From a candidate division FCPU426 bacterium (GTDB lineage Bacteria; Oederibacteriota; JAAXVQ01; JAUVAV01): 27,356 nucleotides of DNA. How positions within the stretch are numbered: the first letter of the stretch is position 1; each line of letters opens with the position of its first letter. The notes beneath the pieces were generated by a model. That model saw only the letters and a list, made by a program, of their open reading frames with translations, ran no database searches and was not told where the DNA came from. Both the position numbers and the translations under genes were made by a program. This document shows, in pieces, positions 1 through 9,732 of the stretch. The stretch covers positions 1 to 27,356 of the forward strand of contig DAOWGI010000037.1 of assembly GCA_030637655.1 (NCBI GenBank), written 5' to 3'.

Positions 1-392
1 CACGTCCATTTCCCGTTCTCTAAATTGTAGATACCTTGGGCAGCTGCATCACTTTTGTTCTTGTACGCATCTCCCTGGACTCCGCCCCATTTGCCTTTCT
101 CACTTGAATACGCCGTGAACTTTTCTCCGGTCTTGGCCAGACCTTGTTTTTCCTCTGCTGCGCTCGCTGTAAACTCCTTAGCGTCTGTTTTCCACGTCCA
201 TTTCCCGTTCTCTAAATTGTAGATACCTTGGGCAGCTGCATCACTTTTGTTCTTGTACGCATCTCCCTGGACTCCGCCCCATTTGCCTTTCTTGTCAGTC
301 AATTGCGCAACAAACTTATCTCCCGTTGCTTTCGCTAACCCAAATTTAACTTCAGCGTTTGTTGCTATAAATTCTTTCTTATCCATTACCCA
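1..392 (-). repeat. Coding tandem repeat, 192-bp (64-aa) period, continuing off the left edge
   Basis: Bases 1-100 are identical to 193-292 (KGKWGGVQGDAYKNKSDAAAQGIYNLENGKWT). The other half is diverged but homologous: KEFTASAAEEKQGLAKTGEKF versus KEFIATNAEVKFGLAKATGDKF. Confidence 0.9.
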
Positions 393-3300
393 AACAAATC
401 CTGCTTTTTTAGTCTCAGGATCAACTTTCCATTCTGATATGCTCTGTTTATCCACACTTCCCAAAACATCACTCTTCGTAACCGTCTTCGTTATATTCCC
501 ATCACCTGACATCTGCACGACCACATGCTTCTTGGTGACTTCATGCACTGTCATATTTACGCCTTTTCCATCTACATCATTATATTTGGCAAACTTCAGA
601 TTTATCTCCTGCTGTACGTCAAACTCCATTACTTCCTGCAGCCCGCTGCCGCCGCTGCTGCCGCCTGGGATCAGGCGGCGGCCGTTCGCGCTGAAGAGTT
701 CCTGTTTGCGGGTTTTATTGTCTGTTAAGGTAAAGCTGCCGTCTGGGTTCATTTTGAAAGTGACGTTTTTATTTTGTGTGAGTTTTTGCAGGCTGGCTGG
801 GATCAAGTCGCCTTTGGCGTCATAGTGTAATTCAGCGTTGCCCAAATCATTGAAAATGGTTGTTGAGCCGCTAGGTTTGTTATCCTTATAAATCGCCTCG
901 GAGACGCGGGATTTATCCGCGCTGTGTTGGGTCACTGTATAGTTTTTGGCATTGCCCGGCTGGGGAGTAATAATCATGTCATGCGCCAACATTTTGCCGG
1001 ATACGTCTGCTCTTGTGAGTTGGTTGTCTTTATATTCAGCCAGATAGCCCAGAGTCTGCTCGCCTGCTTTATCAAGCTGATTTCTGCCGGCCACAAAATA
1101 ATTGCCTGCCTTAATCTCAGCCTGGGTCCCGATAAATAAGGTGCCGTCTCCGGCACGATAAGCGCTCTTGCCTTCCAGCATCTTGGTTAGGGTCCGGGCT
1201 GAATCAGCTTTTATACCCAATTGCGTTAAATGCTCCGTAGTAATAGCTGCTACTTCAGTGGTTTCATGGCGTTTGCCGTTAATAAATATCACCGGATTCT
1301 TGCCTTCAAAAACCATGGTGGCATGATTTGTTGCATTTAAAGCTGCCAATAGTTTATCTTGGGCATAGATCATGTCAGCCGTGGCTTTTCTGGTTTGGGT
1401 ATCAACTGTCAGGTGATAAATTTTTCCATTTTCTTTATGGAAGACTGACGCGCTGCCGTCAGTAATATCAGCTTGTGTAATCAGCACATAGCGGGTTACC
1501 TTTTGGCCGTCAAGCATGATTTGGACAGACATCCGTTCCTGAGTCATAGTCACGCCGTCTTCGCCTGCCTGATAAACCGCGCTGATTCCTTGCGCGTCGC
1601 TGGTCTGTATTGCGGCTACAACTATACCCAGCCCTTCTTGTTTGAAACTTATAATTATTTGCGAATAATCATTCAATTGCTGGGTAAGGGTAAGCTTGCC
1701 ATCAGCACCTTTATTTATTACGCCCAGGCCTGGGACCGTTTTTTGCGTACCAAAGGGCATCTTGACAAGCTGCGGCCAGACCTGCTTAATGACTTCTTTA
1801 GTAAATTTGTCAACCATTTTCTCGCTAAAGGACTTCGGCTGGGAATCGTCAAAAAGTTTAAGCCTTTGATCCCCGGCAGAGGCATTTTTAACCATGTCTT
1901 GTAACTGTGCCATATCCTGGGGCTGCATCTGCTGCTCAAGATATTCCCAAACTCCTTCTACCACATATTCAATCATACCACTCGTATCGTTAGCGTCTTT
2001 TAAGATAATCGCGACCTGGGCGTCTATTGCCATTTGGGCTTCTTTTGGCAACATATTTTTATTGGGAGCCATATAGGCGTGCTTGGCAGTTTCAACTGCG
2101 GCAATCATATGTCCGGCCTGGAGCTGCTTTTTGGCAGCTATGATAAGCGAGCCCGCGTCTCCGCTTTTCCGGGCCAAGTTGACCAATGCTTCTAATTTTT
2201 CCGGGGTTCTTTCCCGCTCATACTCCTCTACTGCCCGAATCATCTGGTAAGATTTCTGATGCGCTTTTTTGTGGTATTCCAGCGCCAGAGCGAGCGTCTG
2301 AACAACTTTGGCTGGATCAGGGTTTAGGGTTTGCTCTTTGAGATAATCTTCGACTATTTCTACGGCTTTATTATATAGAAACTGATTGCCTGTCTGTTCT
2401 GTTATCTTTAGGGCCTGGGCCGCCACTTCCGCCCGCGTAGCACTATCCTTAAAACCGGATATTTTGGCCAGAACCGCGCTGACCAGGCTGTCCGCGTTTT
2501 TTACGCTTTCCGGGGTTCCGTCCAGCATATTCTCAGCATACTTCAGCGATGCGGAGGCCCAGAGACCCATGGCAGTTTCATGTTCAGGAGAACCAACGTT
2601 CGTCTCTGCCAAATAATTTTTCGCAATATCTACTGCTTCTTTGGACCAGTTACCAGCCATCTCTTGCAAGGCCTGGTTATAGGCCGGGGTGCCTGGCTGC
2701 AGATTCCGGTCTGTGAGCACTTTAATCACAGCCGGGTTTTGCGCCATAACCGAAGGATTGGAATTGGCTATCAGTACCCGCGCGCGCCGGGTTTCGCTTG
2801 GCTGGCCTGCAACATGCCTGGTATCCAACAGAGCGGATATTTCCAGGCCGCGGTTGGTTCTGATATAAATGCGCTGTTGGGTCTTAACCCAGGTCTTTTT
2901 AGCTGTATCGTACTTCCAGACCTGGTTGACTTGTCCTTCAAAATGTGTATACGCAATATCTGCAGGACCGTTGGGACCCATTTGACGACTGATGACTTTA
3001 TTGTCCCAGAAACCACCGACTACGATATAGTCGGAAGCGCCATGAAAGTTGCCTTGTTGATCTATAGCCAGGGTGTAACTATGACCGTCACTGGCTTTCA
3101 CCTCGACCTGAGACCTGCGATCCCGGTCAACATACGGTTGATTCCACTCAGTGTCGTCTACGGTTGCAGTAACCGCTTTCCCGTCTTTTCCGGTAAATTC
3201 AAAGGTGGATGTTCCTACTGTTCCCGGATCCTTAAAGTTGATAAGACCCAGAGTCAACAACTGTGCTAAAGGAGACCAGGAGTCTTTCTTGGTTTGTTGG

Positions 3301-6300
3301 GACTTTGGTTTGGTTCCAGTCTTGTCAGTACCCTTTGTATCAGGTTGGCCGCTCTTGTCTCTCTCAACCTTTTTTTCCTGCTGAGCTTGCTCTTCCTTGT
3401 CCTTAACTGCGGTCTCACGTTTGGTGGTATTTTTAGTGGTATCGTTGGTGGCGCCGGCAGCTTGTTCATTCGACATCTGGTTAGTCGGGATTTTATTATC
3501 ACTTTTAATCTCGGGCGTTGTTTCATCATTAGTAACCTTTGCCATAGGCTGCGTGCTATCCGACAAAGTGCCCTTGGTTTGATCAACCGAACTCTTATTA
3601 TTTAGCACTTCCGGATTGGCGGAATTATCCCCCAGCATATTATTGTCAGTACCATTATTGGCACTGCCATCAGTGGCGCTGTCATTAGTGGCGCTGCCAT
3701 GATTTTCTTCCGCGGTTGGAGGAGCACGGGTCAACATATCCTTGGGCCGTTCCACAGAAGAACCGTCAGAATTCACCTTGTCAGGTACTTTTTGGCCATC
3801 CGCCAAGTTACGCGTTTCTTGCCCGACCATTTTGGCCACGGGCTGACCGGTTTTGTTGCCACCTTTGTCCCCAACAGTACCTCCGGTATTGTTGCTTTCA
3901 ATACTCTTGCTGTCAGAACTTACGGTCATATTGGCGGCTGTGTTTCCGTTAAAGCTGACTTCACCGTTAGGTCCAACTTTAGCTTTAATATGCACCTCTT
4001 TTGTTTTGATATTAATCATGCACGGGACTTTCTGACCTCCCGGCAAGGTGGCAGTGCCCAGTTTGGCATTACTCGGATCAAATTCACCCTGGCTGGCAGG
4101 TTTGTCAAATTTAACTTTTCCGTCCGGACCAATGGTGCCGGTCAGTGCCAGATTACCTTCATCATCCAGCTTGCCAGTGGCTTTCGAACCATCTGGCAAT
4201 TCCAACTCAACCGGTTTGCCTTGGCCTTGGCCTTGGCCTTGGCCCAAGGTGGATTTGCCGGCACCGGCAGCAGCTAATGCATCAGCTTCTAAGGGTTTAC
4301 CGTCTTCACCAAGTTTAACATCAGTCGCTGTTCCCTCAGAATTGCCGTCTTTATCAATCCGGTCTCCGGCTTTTTGGGGGAGTCCGGGTGTGCTCTTCTT
4401 ACCATTACCTTTGCCTGGGGCGGTGCTGGCCACGCCGCCTTTGCCTGCCAAGCCTTGGGACAGATCCATATCCGGAACTGTAAATTTATCACCTATTTGC
4501 TTGGCCTGGCCGTCGTTACCGCCGGCATAGGTGCGGGCTTCAACGCCGGCAGCACCTTGATTGAAGACGGTAGTATTGTTCTGTTTGTTGGGAAGTGTCT
4601 CATTCATAGCCAGCAACTGCGTGCTGCCATCCGGCTTAACAGCCGAAATTTCCATCATCTGATTTCCGTCTTGATTTGTATAGGACTTCACGTTAAGGGT
4701 CGCGTTGTCAGGAACTGAAGAAAGCACATCCGGGCCCATGGTTTTTATGGCATGCTGCAAGTTTTTATTCTCTCTATACATTTCACCGGTTACTGAGCTG
4801 TTTGTGACCGAAGTTCCCTCTTTAGGAGTAGACTTGGATGGATTAGTCCCTTGGCTGCCTGAAGATTTGGCGTTCGTGGCCTTTATTTCCGTTAATTGCT
4901 GCTGAGTGGCCACGGCATTGGCTAGTGTGGTCGGAGCAACGTAAACACTGCTACTGCCGGTATTGGCATTGGTTACATTAGAATTGGATTTGCCTCCCTC
5001 AGTGCCATCGCCCTTTGCGTCACCGCCCTCTGCGCCTTCACCTTCTGCTCCTTCGCCCTCTGCGCCTTCACCGCCACTACCACTTGTGTCACCCTCTTTT
5101 CCTTCTACTTTTTCACCATCTTGGCGTTCGCTTTTAGCCACCTTGTCGCCCTCTCTGGTTTGTTTTGTGTTCAACCCAGTTAAATCCTTGATCTCGACTT
5201 TATGTTTATCCCGGACTTGGGGCAGATTTTCCGGGTGATCTGTCAGCTCTTCACGCGAGGCAGAGTCAGTATGTTTTTGATCTTCAATCTTCGGTGTATT
5301 TAATGTGTCATCATGTGTGGTATTTGGCATCTTGGTATCAGGAATCGTCTCCTGTTTAGCGGCTTGGGGCTTGGGGTTCTCTGTTTTTGTGGTATCCGGA
5401 ACCGGTTTTGGTGCATCGGCCGGCTTGGTTTTCTCGGACTTCGGCATGCTGCTCTTTGGAGTTTGTGATTTGTCGGAAACCGTATTTTGGGGCAAGCTAG
5501 AGTTGGATACAGTCGCGGTGCTGGATTCAATATTAGATTCGCTGTCCCTTTCATTATTTTCTGTAATCTCTGCTGTAGTCTCTGCTGTAGAAAATTTACC
5601 CGCATCAGTTGCAATCGGATTGCCAACAGCTTTACTATCCTGTCCTGGCATGTTCACTGCCATATTAGATCCGGGTCCAAACACACCAGCACCAACCACA
5701 CCTTGCGCGCCAGTAACGCCGCCAGTAACGCCGCCAGTAACGTTGCCAGTCTTATTACCAGTACCGTCGCCAGTACCGTTGCCGCTGCCGCCGCCAAACA
5801 TTTTTTGTATATTAGCAGCTAAGCCGGTCCACTCCATGGTTTGTTTCGTTTCGTTCATAGCAAGACCTGGTATTATTCCGGTAACAGCATCGCCGGCCAT
5901 CCCAGAAACCATATTAAGCTGGTTCGCGCCCCAGCCCTCGTCTTGCAAACCCGCGGGTTGAGTGGTTTGGATGAACGAGGAAACCGCTGCCGCGACCACA
6001 GGACGAACGATCTCATTTAAGAGAACGCCCAATTCCTGCATCATGTCCAGGCTCAGGGTCTTGCCCACGTTCTGGATATCTATTTGCGCACTGGCATAGC
6101 CCATAACACCGCTGGCCAAGGCGCCGTAAACCGCGCCGGCGCGCATGCCCTGTGCCTCATTGGGATCGCCGTCGTCTTTTAAAAACGAGACATGGATCAG
6201 GACCGATACTATGGCCCGCATCATGGGCGAGAGCAGTACCTTCGCGGTATCTAACTGCTCCACGAAGTCTTTGCCTTTATCCATCCCTAAAATGTCCATG

Positions 6301-9239
6301 AGCCCGTCTTCGAGTCCGTCAAAAAAACCATCACCGGTTAGTAAGCTGGCCAAGCCGCTGGCCAGAACATCGGCGCCCAGACCCAAAATGGTCTTAAAAA
6401 CCATAAATTTATCATCCAATGTATTGACAAAGAACTGCATAATGACTTCTTTAATAACCCTCTTTAAGACTTCCGGCAAAACTTTAGCGTGAGCTATGCT
6501 CTTGAGCATATCCAGAAAAGTAGTTAATATAAGCTTGACTCCGTTCTCAAGCGCACTACTAAGCGCTTTAGCCCAGCCGCCTAAGGCAGCGGTTACAATA
6601 CTAAGAGCAATGTCCAGCCATTCCGGCATGGGAACAAACAAACAAATCAAACTTATTAATGCTATTGCTACCTGAAGCGCTATCATGAAGGCTGTTCCCG
6701 CGCCCAGGGTGAAAAAGCTTACAACAATGGTAATAATCCACATGCAGATTTTGCCTATTGGCGAATTAGCAAATTCACCCAATTCCTCCATATCATCCCA
6801 CTCAAAAGTAATGATTTTATACATTGTATAACCAGGGACAACAAACAGCAGCATGTCCCCAAACGATTTCAGGCTCGGATTTGTAATAAAGTTTATTATC
6901 GCATAAATAGGTCCGAGAATTATAAGCGTGATGCCATAGGTGAAGTAATCCATACATCCCGGACTACCCTGCGAATTATCCTGTGAGTCTTGTTCCGGCG
7001 GAGACGGATGATCCCACATGCCGGCCTGGGCCCAGGGATCTGCTCCAGCAGCATCGGAGCTTCCCCATCCCTGGCTATCCGGTGTGTGTTCTCCCTCAGG
7101 AGCGTCCTGCAAGGTCACAATCTCATCCTGCCTGCCGTCGAAAGCTTCTAAGCTTACATATTTAATGCGTGTATCTTCTTTCTGCGCTCCGGCAGTGACT
7201 GTAAAATTATAATCATCCCTGTCAAAGATCATGTTGACATCAACCTTTTCCGGATTTAGAGGCGCGGACATGCCGATATCAATAGTCATGTCCTCCGAAT
7301 ACGGATTCACCGCTTTTTTGTCCAATTCTGAATAATTTGAAGGAATGTTCTCTCCGGTGACAATTAAATTTATGCCGCTTTGCAGTACCTCGCCCAAAGT
7401 GGCCATATACCCGGATTCGCTCACACCAACGGGTTCCAACCCCAAGCTTTGGAACACGGCTGCTGCTGATGCTTCCTGCGGCAGATCTTTCAAGTCATCG
7501 CCCAGCATATCCGCGTCCACGTTAGCGCCTTTGATTTGAGCTTCGCCTTCTTCCTCATTTTCCAGCTCGGCTTCCACACGAGCCTCCGGACCAACAATGG
7601 CAATATTATTTTCTTCATCCATTTCTGAGTCCGTGTTTTCTACCAGCACCTCATCTTCTGTCTCACCCGACAATTCAATATTTCCCTCGTTTTCCGTATC
7701 CTCGGTCTCATCCTCATCTGTCCTTGCCAGCACTGGCGATAATTCGCGGGCTTCTACAGGCAAACCTTCTTCTTCCAATCCCAACTCTTCAAGCAACGCA
7801 TTGATATCCACATCTTCTTCCAAAACCAGTCCTTCGCCGGCTTCCAAGGCGGGCATACCCTCTCCCTCCATGACCTCGCCCAGCATGTCTTCCAGCATCT
7901 CAACGTCAATATCACTGCCTTCATCCTCGCCGCCTATTCCTAACATGGCCAGTATCTGTTCCGGAAATCCTTCGCTCTCGCCCTCTTCTTTGGGTTTTTC
8001 TTCACCTTTCTCATCGTCATCTGTTTTGACAGCCGCGTCTTTTGGCGACTCTTCCTCAGACAGCAGGTTGCCCTCTTGGTCATCTTCTTTGTCTTCTACG
8101 GCTTCACCTTTTTCATTTTCTGGTGTCAACTCAGCAACCATAGGTAATACATCTTCTTGGGTCTCTGTTTCAGTGTCCTTGACTTCGGATTCATTGTCCT
8201 GACCTGCTTCTATACCGGCTGCTGTCAGGCTATCCGGCAATTCCAGGTCTTTCGGATTTAAAATGTCTTCCTGGTTATTGTCATCACCCAGGCCCAGCAG
8301 ATTCATAAACTGCCGCGCCATGTCTGAAAACACATTGTCCGGTTTCTGTTCAATGGTTTGCTCTGCGTCTTGCTCAGCTGTGGTAGTCTGGTTGTCTTGA
8401 TCTTGGGTAGTAGTGTCCGGAACATCCGCGATTTCCGGTTGTGTGGTGTCTGTCGTAACCGGCGCTTGATCATCACTCTGATCTTGCGTAACCACCACTT
8501 CGGAGACAATAATCGTATTATCAGTTGTTGCGGTAATGATTTTGTCTGTGGTTGGATCTTCGGTCCGAATCGGTTCTGTTGTGTCGCCAATCGGCTTACT
8601 ATCCTGAACCACCGGCAACGGAACCGGCAGTCCTGCCAAAGCGCTGTTAGCTTCCGGACTTAAACGTGCAGCCTCCACACCACTGCCTAATTGCAGGGTT
8701 AAGGTTAATGGTCCTTGACCTGTAGTGACTGCCTCAGCCTGAATGCCTGGATCAACGGCTGGCATATTTGAATCCGTATCAGTTATTGGTTGTTCACCCT
8801 TTGTCTGGCCGGGAGTATTCTCAATTGCCAGGTTAATCAGCGTATCTAAGCCGGCGCCATTCGCACTTTGCTCAGCTACGGTTTGTAAAGACACAGTTTT
8901 GAGGATATCACCGTATTCTGATTTGAGCACATTTAACTGGGTGTCTCTAACGCCGCCATCCTCAGTGGTGGGTTGACAGGAGATGGCATCAAAGGCATTG
9001 GGTTGATTGTTTTGGATGTTTATGGGAGCTTGGAAATCGTCAACTGTGTCTTGATAGTAGTTCTCATTGCGGTTGGGATCATAAGCATGCGCCAGTATGA
9101 TGTCGATCCCGGTCATGGTAAACATAAAAGTTACCGCCAGGATCGTTGAGATTATTTTACGTTGTCGCTCTCGCAATAATCTGCCGAAGTCCTTACACTT
9201 TTTCATTCCAGCTGTAAAAATCATTTCTATGGTTGTCAT
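1..9239 (-). CDS. Giant (>=3079 aa, 3'-truncated by window edge) secreted or membrane-associated multi-domain protein of unknown function
   Basis: ATG at 9239 follows an SD (GGAGAGGTGA, 9254-9245). Manual translation stays open to position 3 (MTTIEMIFTAGMKK...IISTILAVTFMFTMTGIDIILAHA...GIYNLENGKWT). The ORF track lists no minus-strand ORF in this frame, consistent with no stop. The many Ser/Phe-rich plus-strand ORFs here are antisense shadows. Confidence 0.9.
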   Translation of the reverse strand, partial: MTTIEMIFTAGMKKCKDFGRLLRERQRKIISTILAVTFMFTMTGIDIILAHAYDPNRNENYYQDTVDDFQAPINIQNNQPNAFDAISCQPTTEDGGVRDTQLNVLKSEYGDILKTVSLQTVAEQSANGAGLDTLINLAIENTPGQTKGEQPITDTDSNMPAVDPGIQAEAVTTGQGPLTLTLQLGSGVEAARLSPEANSALAGLPVPLPVVQDSKPIGDTTEPIRTEDPTTDKIITATTDNTIIVSEVVVTQDQSDDQAPVTTDTTQPEIADVPDTTTQDQDNQTTTAEQDAEQTIEQKPDNVFSDMARQFMNLLGLGDDNNQEDILNPKDLELPDSLTAAGIEAGQDNESEVKDTETETQEDVLPMVAELTPENEKGEAVEDKEDDQEGNLLSEEESPKDAAVKTDDDEKGEEKPKEEGESEGFPEQILAMLGIGGEDEGSDIDVEMLEDMLGEVMEGEGMPALEAGEGLVLEEDVDINALLEELGLEEEGLPVEARELSPVLARTDEDETEDTENEGNIELSGETEDEVLVENTDSEMDEENNIAIVGPEARVEAELENEEEGEAQIKGANVDADMLGDDLKDLPQEASAAAVFQSLGLEPVGVSESGYMATLGEVLQSGINLIVTGENIPSNYSELDKKAVNPYSEDMTIDIGMSAPLNPEKVDVNMIFDRDDYNFTVTAGAQKEDTRIKYVSLEAFDGRQDEIVTLQDAPEGEHTPDSQGWGSSDAAGADPWAQAGMWDHPSPPEQDSQDNSQGSPGCMDYFTYGITLIILGPIYAIINFITNPSLKSFGDMLLFVVPGYTMYKIITFEWDDMEELGEFANSPIGKICMWIITIVVSFFTLGAGTAFMIALQVAIALISLICLFVPMPEWLDIALSIVTAALGGWAKALSSALENGVKLILTTFLDMLKSIAHAKVLPEVLKRVIKEVIMQFFVNTLDDKFMVFKTILGLGADVLASGLASLLTGDGFFDGLEDGLMDILGMDKGKDFVEQLDTAKVLLSPMMRAIVSVLIHVSFLKDDGDPNEAQGMRAGAVYGALASGVMGYASAQIDIQNVGKTLSLDMMQELGVLLNEIVRPVVAAAVSSFIQTTQPAGLQDEGWGANQLNMVSGMAGDAVTGIIPGLAMNETKQTMEWTGLAANIQKMFGGGSGNGTGDGTGNKTGNVTGGVTGGVTGAQGVVGAGVFGPGSNMAVNMPGQDSKAVGNPIATDAGKFSTAETTAEITENNERDSESNIESSTATVSNSSLPQNTVSDKSQTPKSSMPKSEKTKPADAPKPVPDTTKTENPKPQAAKQETIPDTKMPNTTHDDTLNTPKIEDQKHTDSASREELTDHPENLPQVRDKHKVEIKDLTGLNTKQTREGDKVAKSERQDGEKVEGKEGDTSGSGGEGAEGEGAEGEGAEGGDAKGDGTEGGKSNSNVTNANTGSSSVYVAPTTLANAVATQQQLTEIKATNAKSSGSQGTNPSKSTPKEGTSVTNSSVTGEMYRENKNLQHAIKTMGPDVLSSVPDNATLNVKSYTNQDGNQMMEISAVKPDGSTQLLAMNETLPNKQNNTTVFNQGAAGVEARTYAGGNDGQAKQIGDKFTVPDMDLSQGLAGKGGVASTAPGKGNGKKSTPGLPQKAGDRIDKDGNSEGTATDVKLGEDGKPLEADALAAAGAGKSTLGQGQGQGQGKPVELELPDGSKATGKLDDEGNLALTGTIGPDGKVKFDKPASQGEFDPSNAKLGTATLPGGQKVPCMINIKTKEVHIKAKVGPNGEVSFNGNTAANMTVSSDSKSIESNNTGGTVGDKGGNKTGQPVAKMVGQETRNLADGQKVPDKVNSDGSSVERPKDMLTRAPPTAEENHGSATNDSATDGSANNGTDNNMLGDNSANPEVLNNKSSVDQTKGTLSDSTQPMAKVTNDETTPEIKSDNKIPTNQMSNEQAAGATNDTTKNTTKRETAVKDKEEQAQQEKKVERDKSGQPDTKGTDKTGTKPKSQQTKKDSWSPLAQLLTLGLINFKDPGTVGTSTFEFTGKDGKAVTATVDDTEWNQPYVDRDRRSQVEVKASDGHSYTLAIDQQGNFHGASDYIVVGGFWDNKVISRQMGPNGPADIAYTHFEGQVNQVWKYDTAKKTWVKTQQRIYIRTNRGLEISALLDTRHVAGQPSETRRARVLIANSNPSVMAQNPAVIKVLTDRNLQPGTPAYNQALQEMAGNWSKEAVDIAKNYLAETNVGSPEHETAMGLWASASLKYAENMLDGTPESVKNADSLVSAVLAKISGFKDSATRAEVAAQALKITEQTGNQFLYNKAVEIVEDYLKEQTLNPDPAKVVQTLALALEYHKKAHQKSYQMIRAVEEYERERTPEKLEALVNLARKSGDAGSLIIAAKKQLQAGHMIAAVETAKHAYMAPNKNMLPKEAQMAIDAQVAIILKDANDTSGMIEYVVEGVWEYLEQQMQPQDMAQLQDMVKNASAGDQRLKLFDDSQPKSFSEKMVDKFTKEVIKQVWPQLVKMPFGTQKTVPGLGVINKGADGKLTLTQQLNDYSQIIISFKQEGLGIVVAAIQTSDAQGISAVYQAGEDGVTMTQERMSVQIMLDGQKVTRYVLITQADITDGSASVFHKENGKIYHLTVDTQTRKATADMIYAQDKLLAALNATNHATMVFEGKNPVIFINGKRHETTEVAAITTEHLTQLGIKADSARTLTKMLEGKSAYRAGDGTLFIGTQAEIKAGNYFVAGRNQLDKAGEQTLGYLAEYKDNQLTRADVSGKMLAHDMIITPQPGNAKNYTVTQHSADKSRVSEAIYKDNKPSGSTTIFNDLGNAELHYDAKGDLIPASLQKLTQNKNVTFKMNPDGSFTLTDNKTRKQELFSANGRRLIPGGSSGGSGLQEVMEFDVQQEINLKFAKYNDVDGKGVNMTVHEVTKKHVVVQMSGDGNITKTVTKSDVLGSVDKQSISEWKVDPETKKAGFVWVMDKKEFIATNAEVKFGLAKATGDKFVAQLTDKKGKWGGVQGDAYKNKSDAAAQGIYNLENGKWTWKTDAKEFTASAAEEKQGLAKTGEKFTAYSSEKGKWGGVQGDAYKNKSDAAAQGIYNLENGKWT

Positions 9240-9345
9240 GCTGATCACCTCTCCACTTGGGTGTAAACTTTAAAAAAATTAAATATATATCGGGATTTAT
9301 CCCAATTTGTAATAATTACCAGAAAAACATACTTATTCTATAGTA

Positions 9346-9374
9346 AGTATATCATCTGAAAGTGTTTAAGTCAA
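9346..9374 (-). promoter_or_regulatory. Putative sigma70-type promoter of the giant gene
   Basis: Minus strand TTGACT-17 bp-TATACT with an extended -10 TG, about 105 bp upstream of the ATG. Confidence 0.65.
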
Positions 9375-9559
9375 AATGGGCGCAAAAATAATATCCTTGT
9401 TTTACAATGGTTTTGTCGGCTTTAGGCGAGGTGCAATAAAAATCGGTTTTTTCACAGCCTAAAACCCTAATTTATTTGTTCACAAATTCCCCAAAAAATA
9501 AGTGGTTTTTTCAACAATTCGTATATCTTACCTAAAAACGAAATAGAAAAAAGCGAGGC

Positions 9560-9637
9560 AGGGCGACCGCCAGGGTCGCCCCTACGCCAACGTATACACA
9601 AAATGTTTGTAGGGACACCCCTTGCGGGTGCCCCTAC
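9560..9637. repeat. Inverted doublet of GTAG-type REP-like palindromes
   Basis: 9560-9585 is the reverse complement of GTAGGGGCGACCCTGGCGGTCGCCCT. 9609-9637 reads GTAGGGACACCCCTTGCGGGTGCCCCTAC. The spacer is 23 bp. Confidence 0.8.
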
Positions 9638-9670
9638 ATTCGGTTAACTGTCTGGTACGTTTTTTATCGC

Positions 9671-9700
9671 TTGACAAAGACCACGCTGGTTTAGTACCAT
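9671..9700 (+). promoter_or_regulatory. Putative sigma70-type promoter of the transketolase genes
   Basis: TTGACA (9671-9676), 18-bp spacer, TACCAT (9695-9700), upstream of the SD GGAGGT (9720-9725). Confidence 0.5.
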
Positions 9701-9732
9701 CTTTTTTTCTATATTTTTTGGAGGTTTTCACT

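Noticed and set aside
1-292. 100-bp direct repeat as a DGR template/variable repeat pair
   Set aside because: The copies are identical with no adenine-specific differences, both are in-frame in one ORF, and no reverse transcriptase is present.
247-8976. Numerous short plus- and minus-strand ORFs in the track
   Set aside because: They are antisense or alternate-frame shadows of the giant minus-strand gene, with Ser/Phe/Pro-biased translations and no recognisable motifs.
9622-9732. N-terminal extension of transketolase from TTG 9622
   Set aside because: It starts within a REP and spans the promoter. GTG 9733 has the SD.
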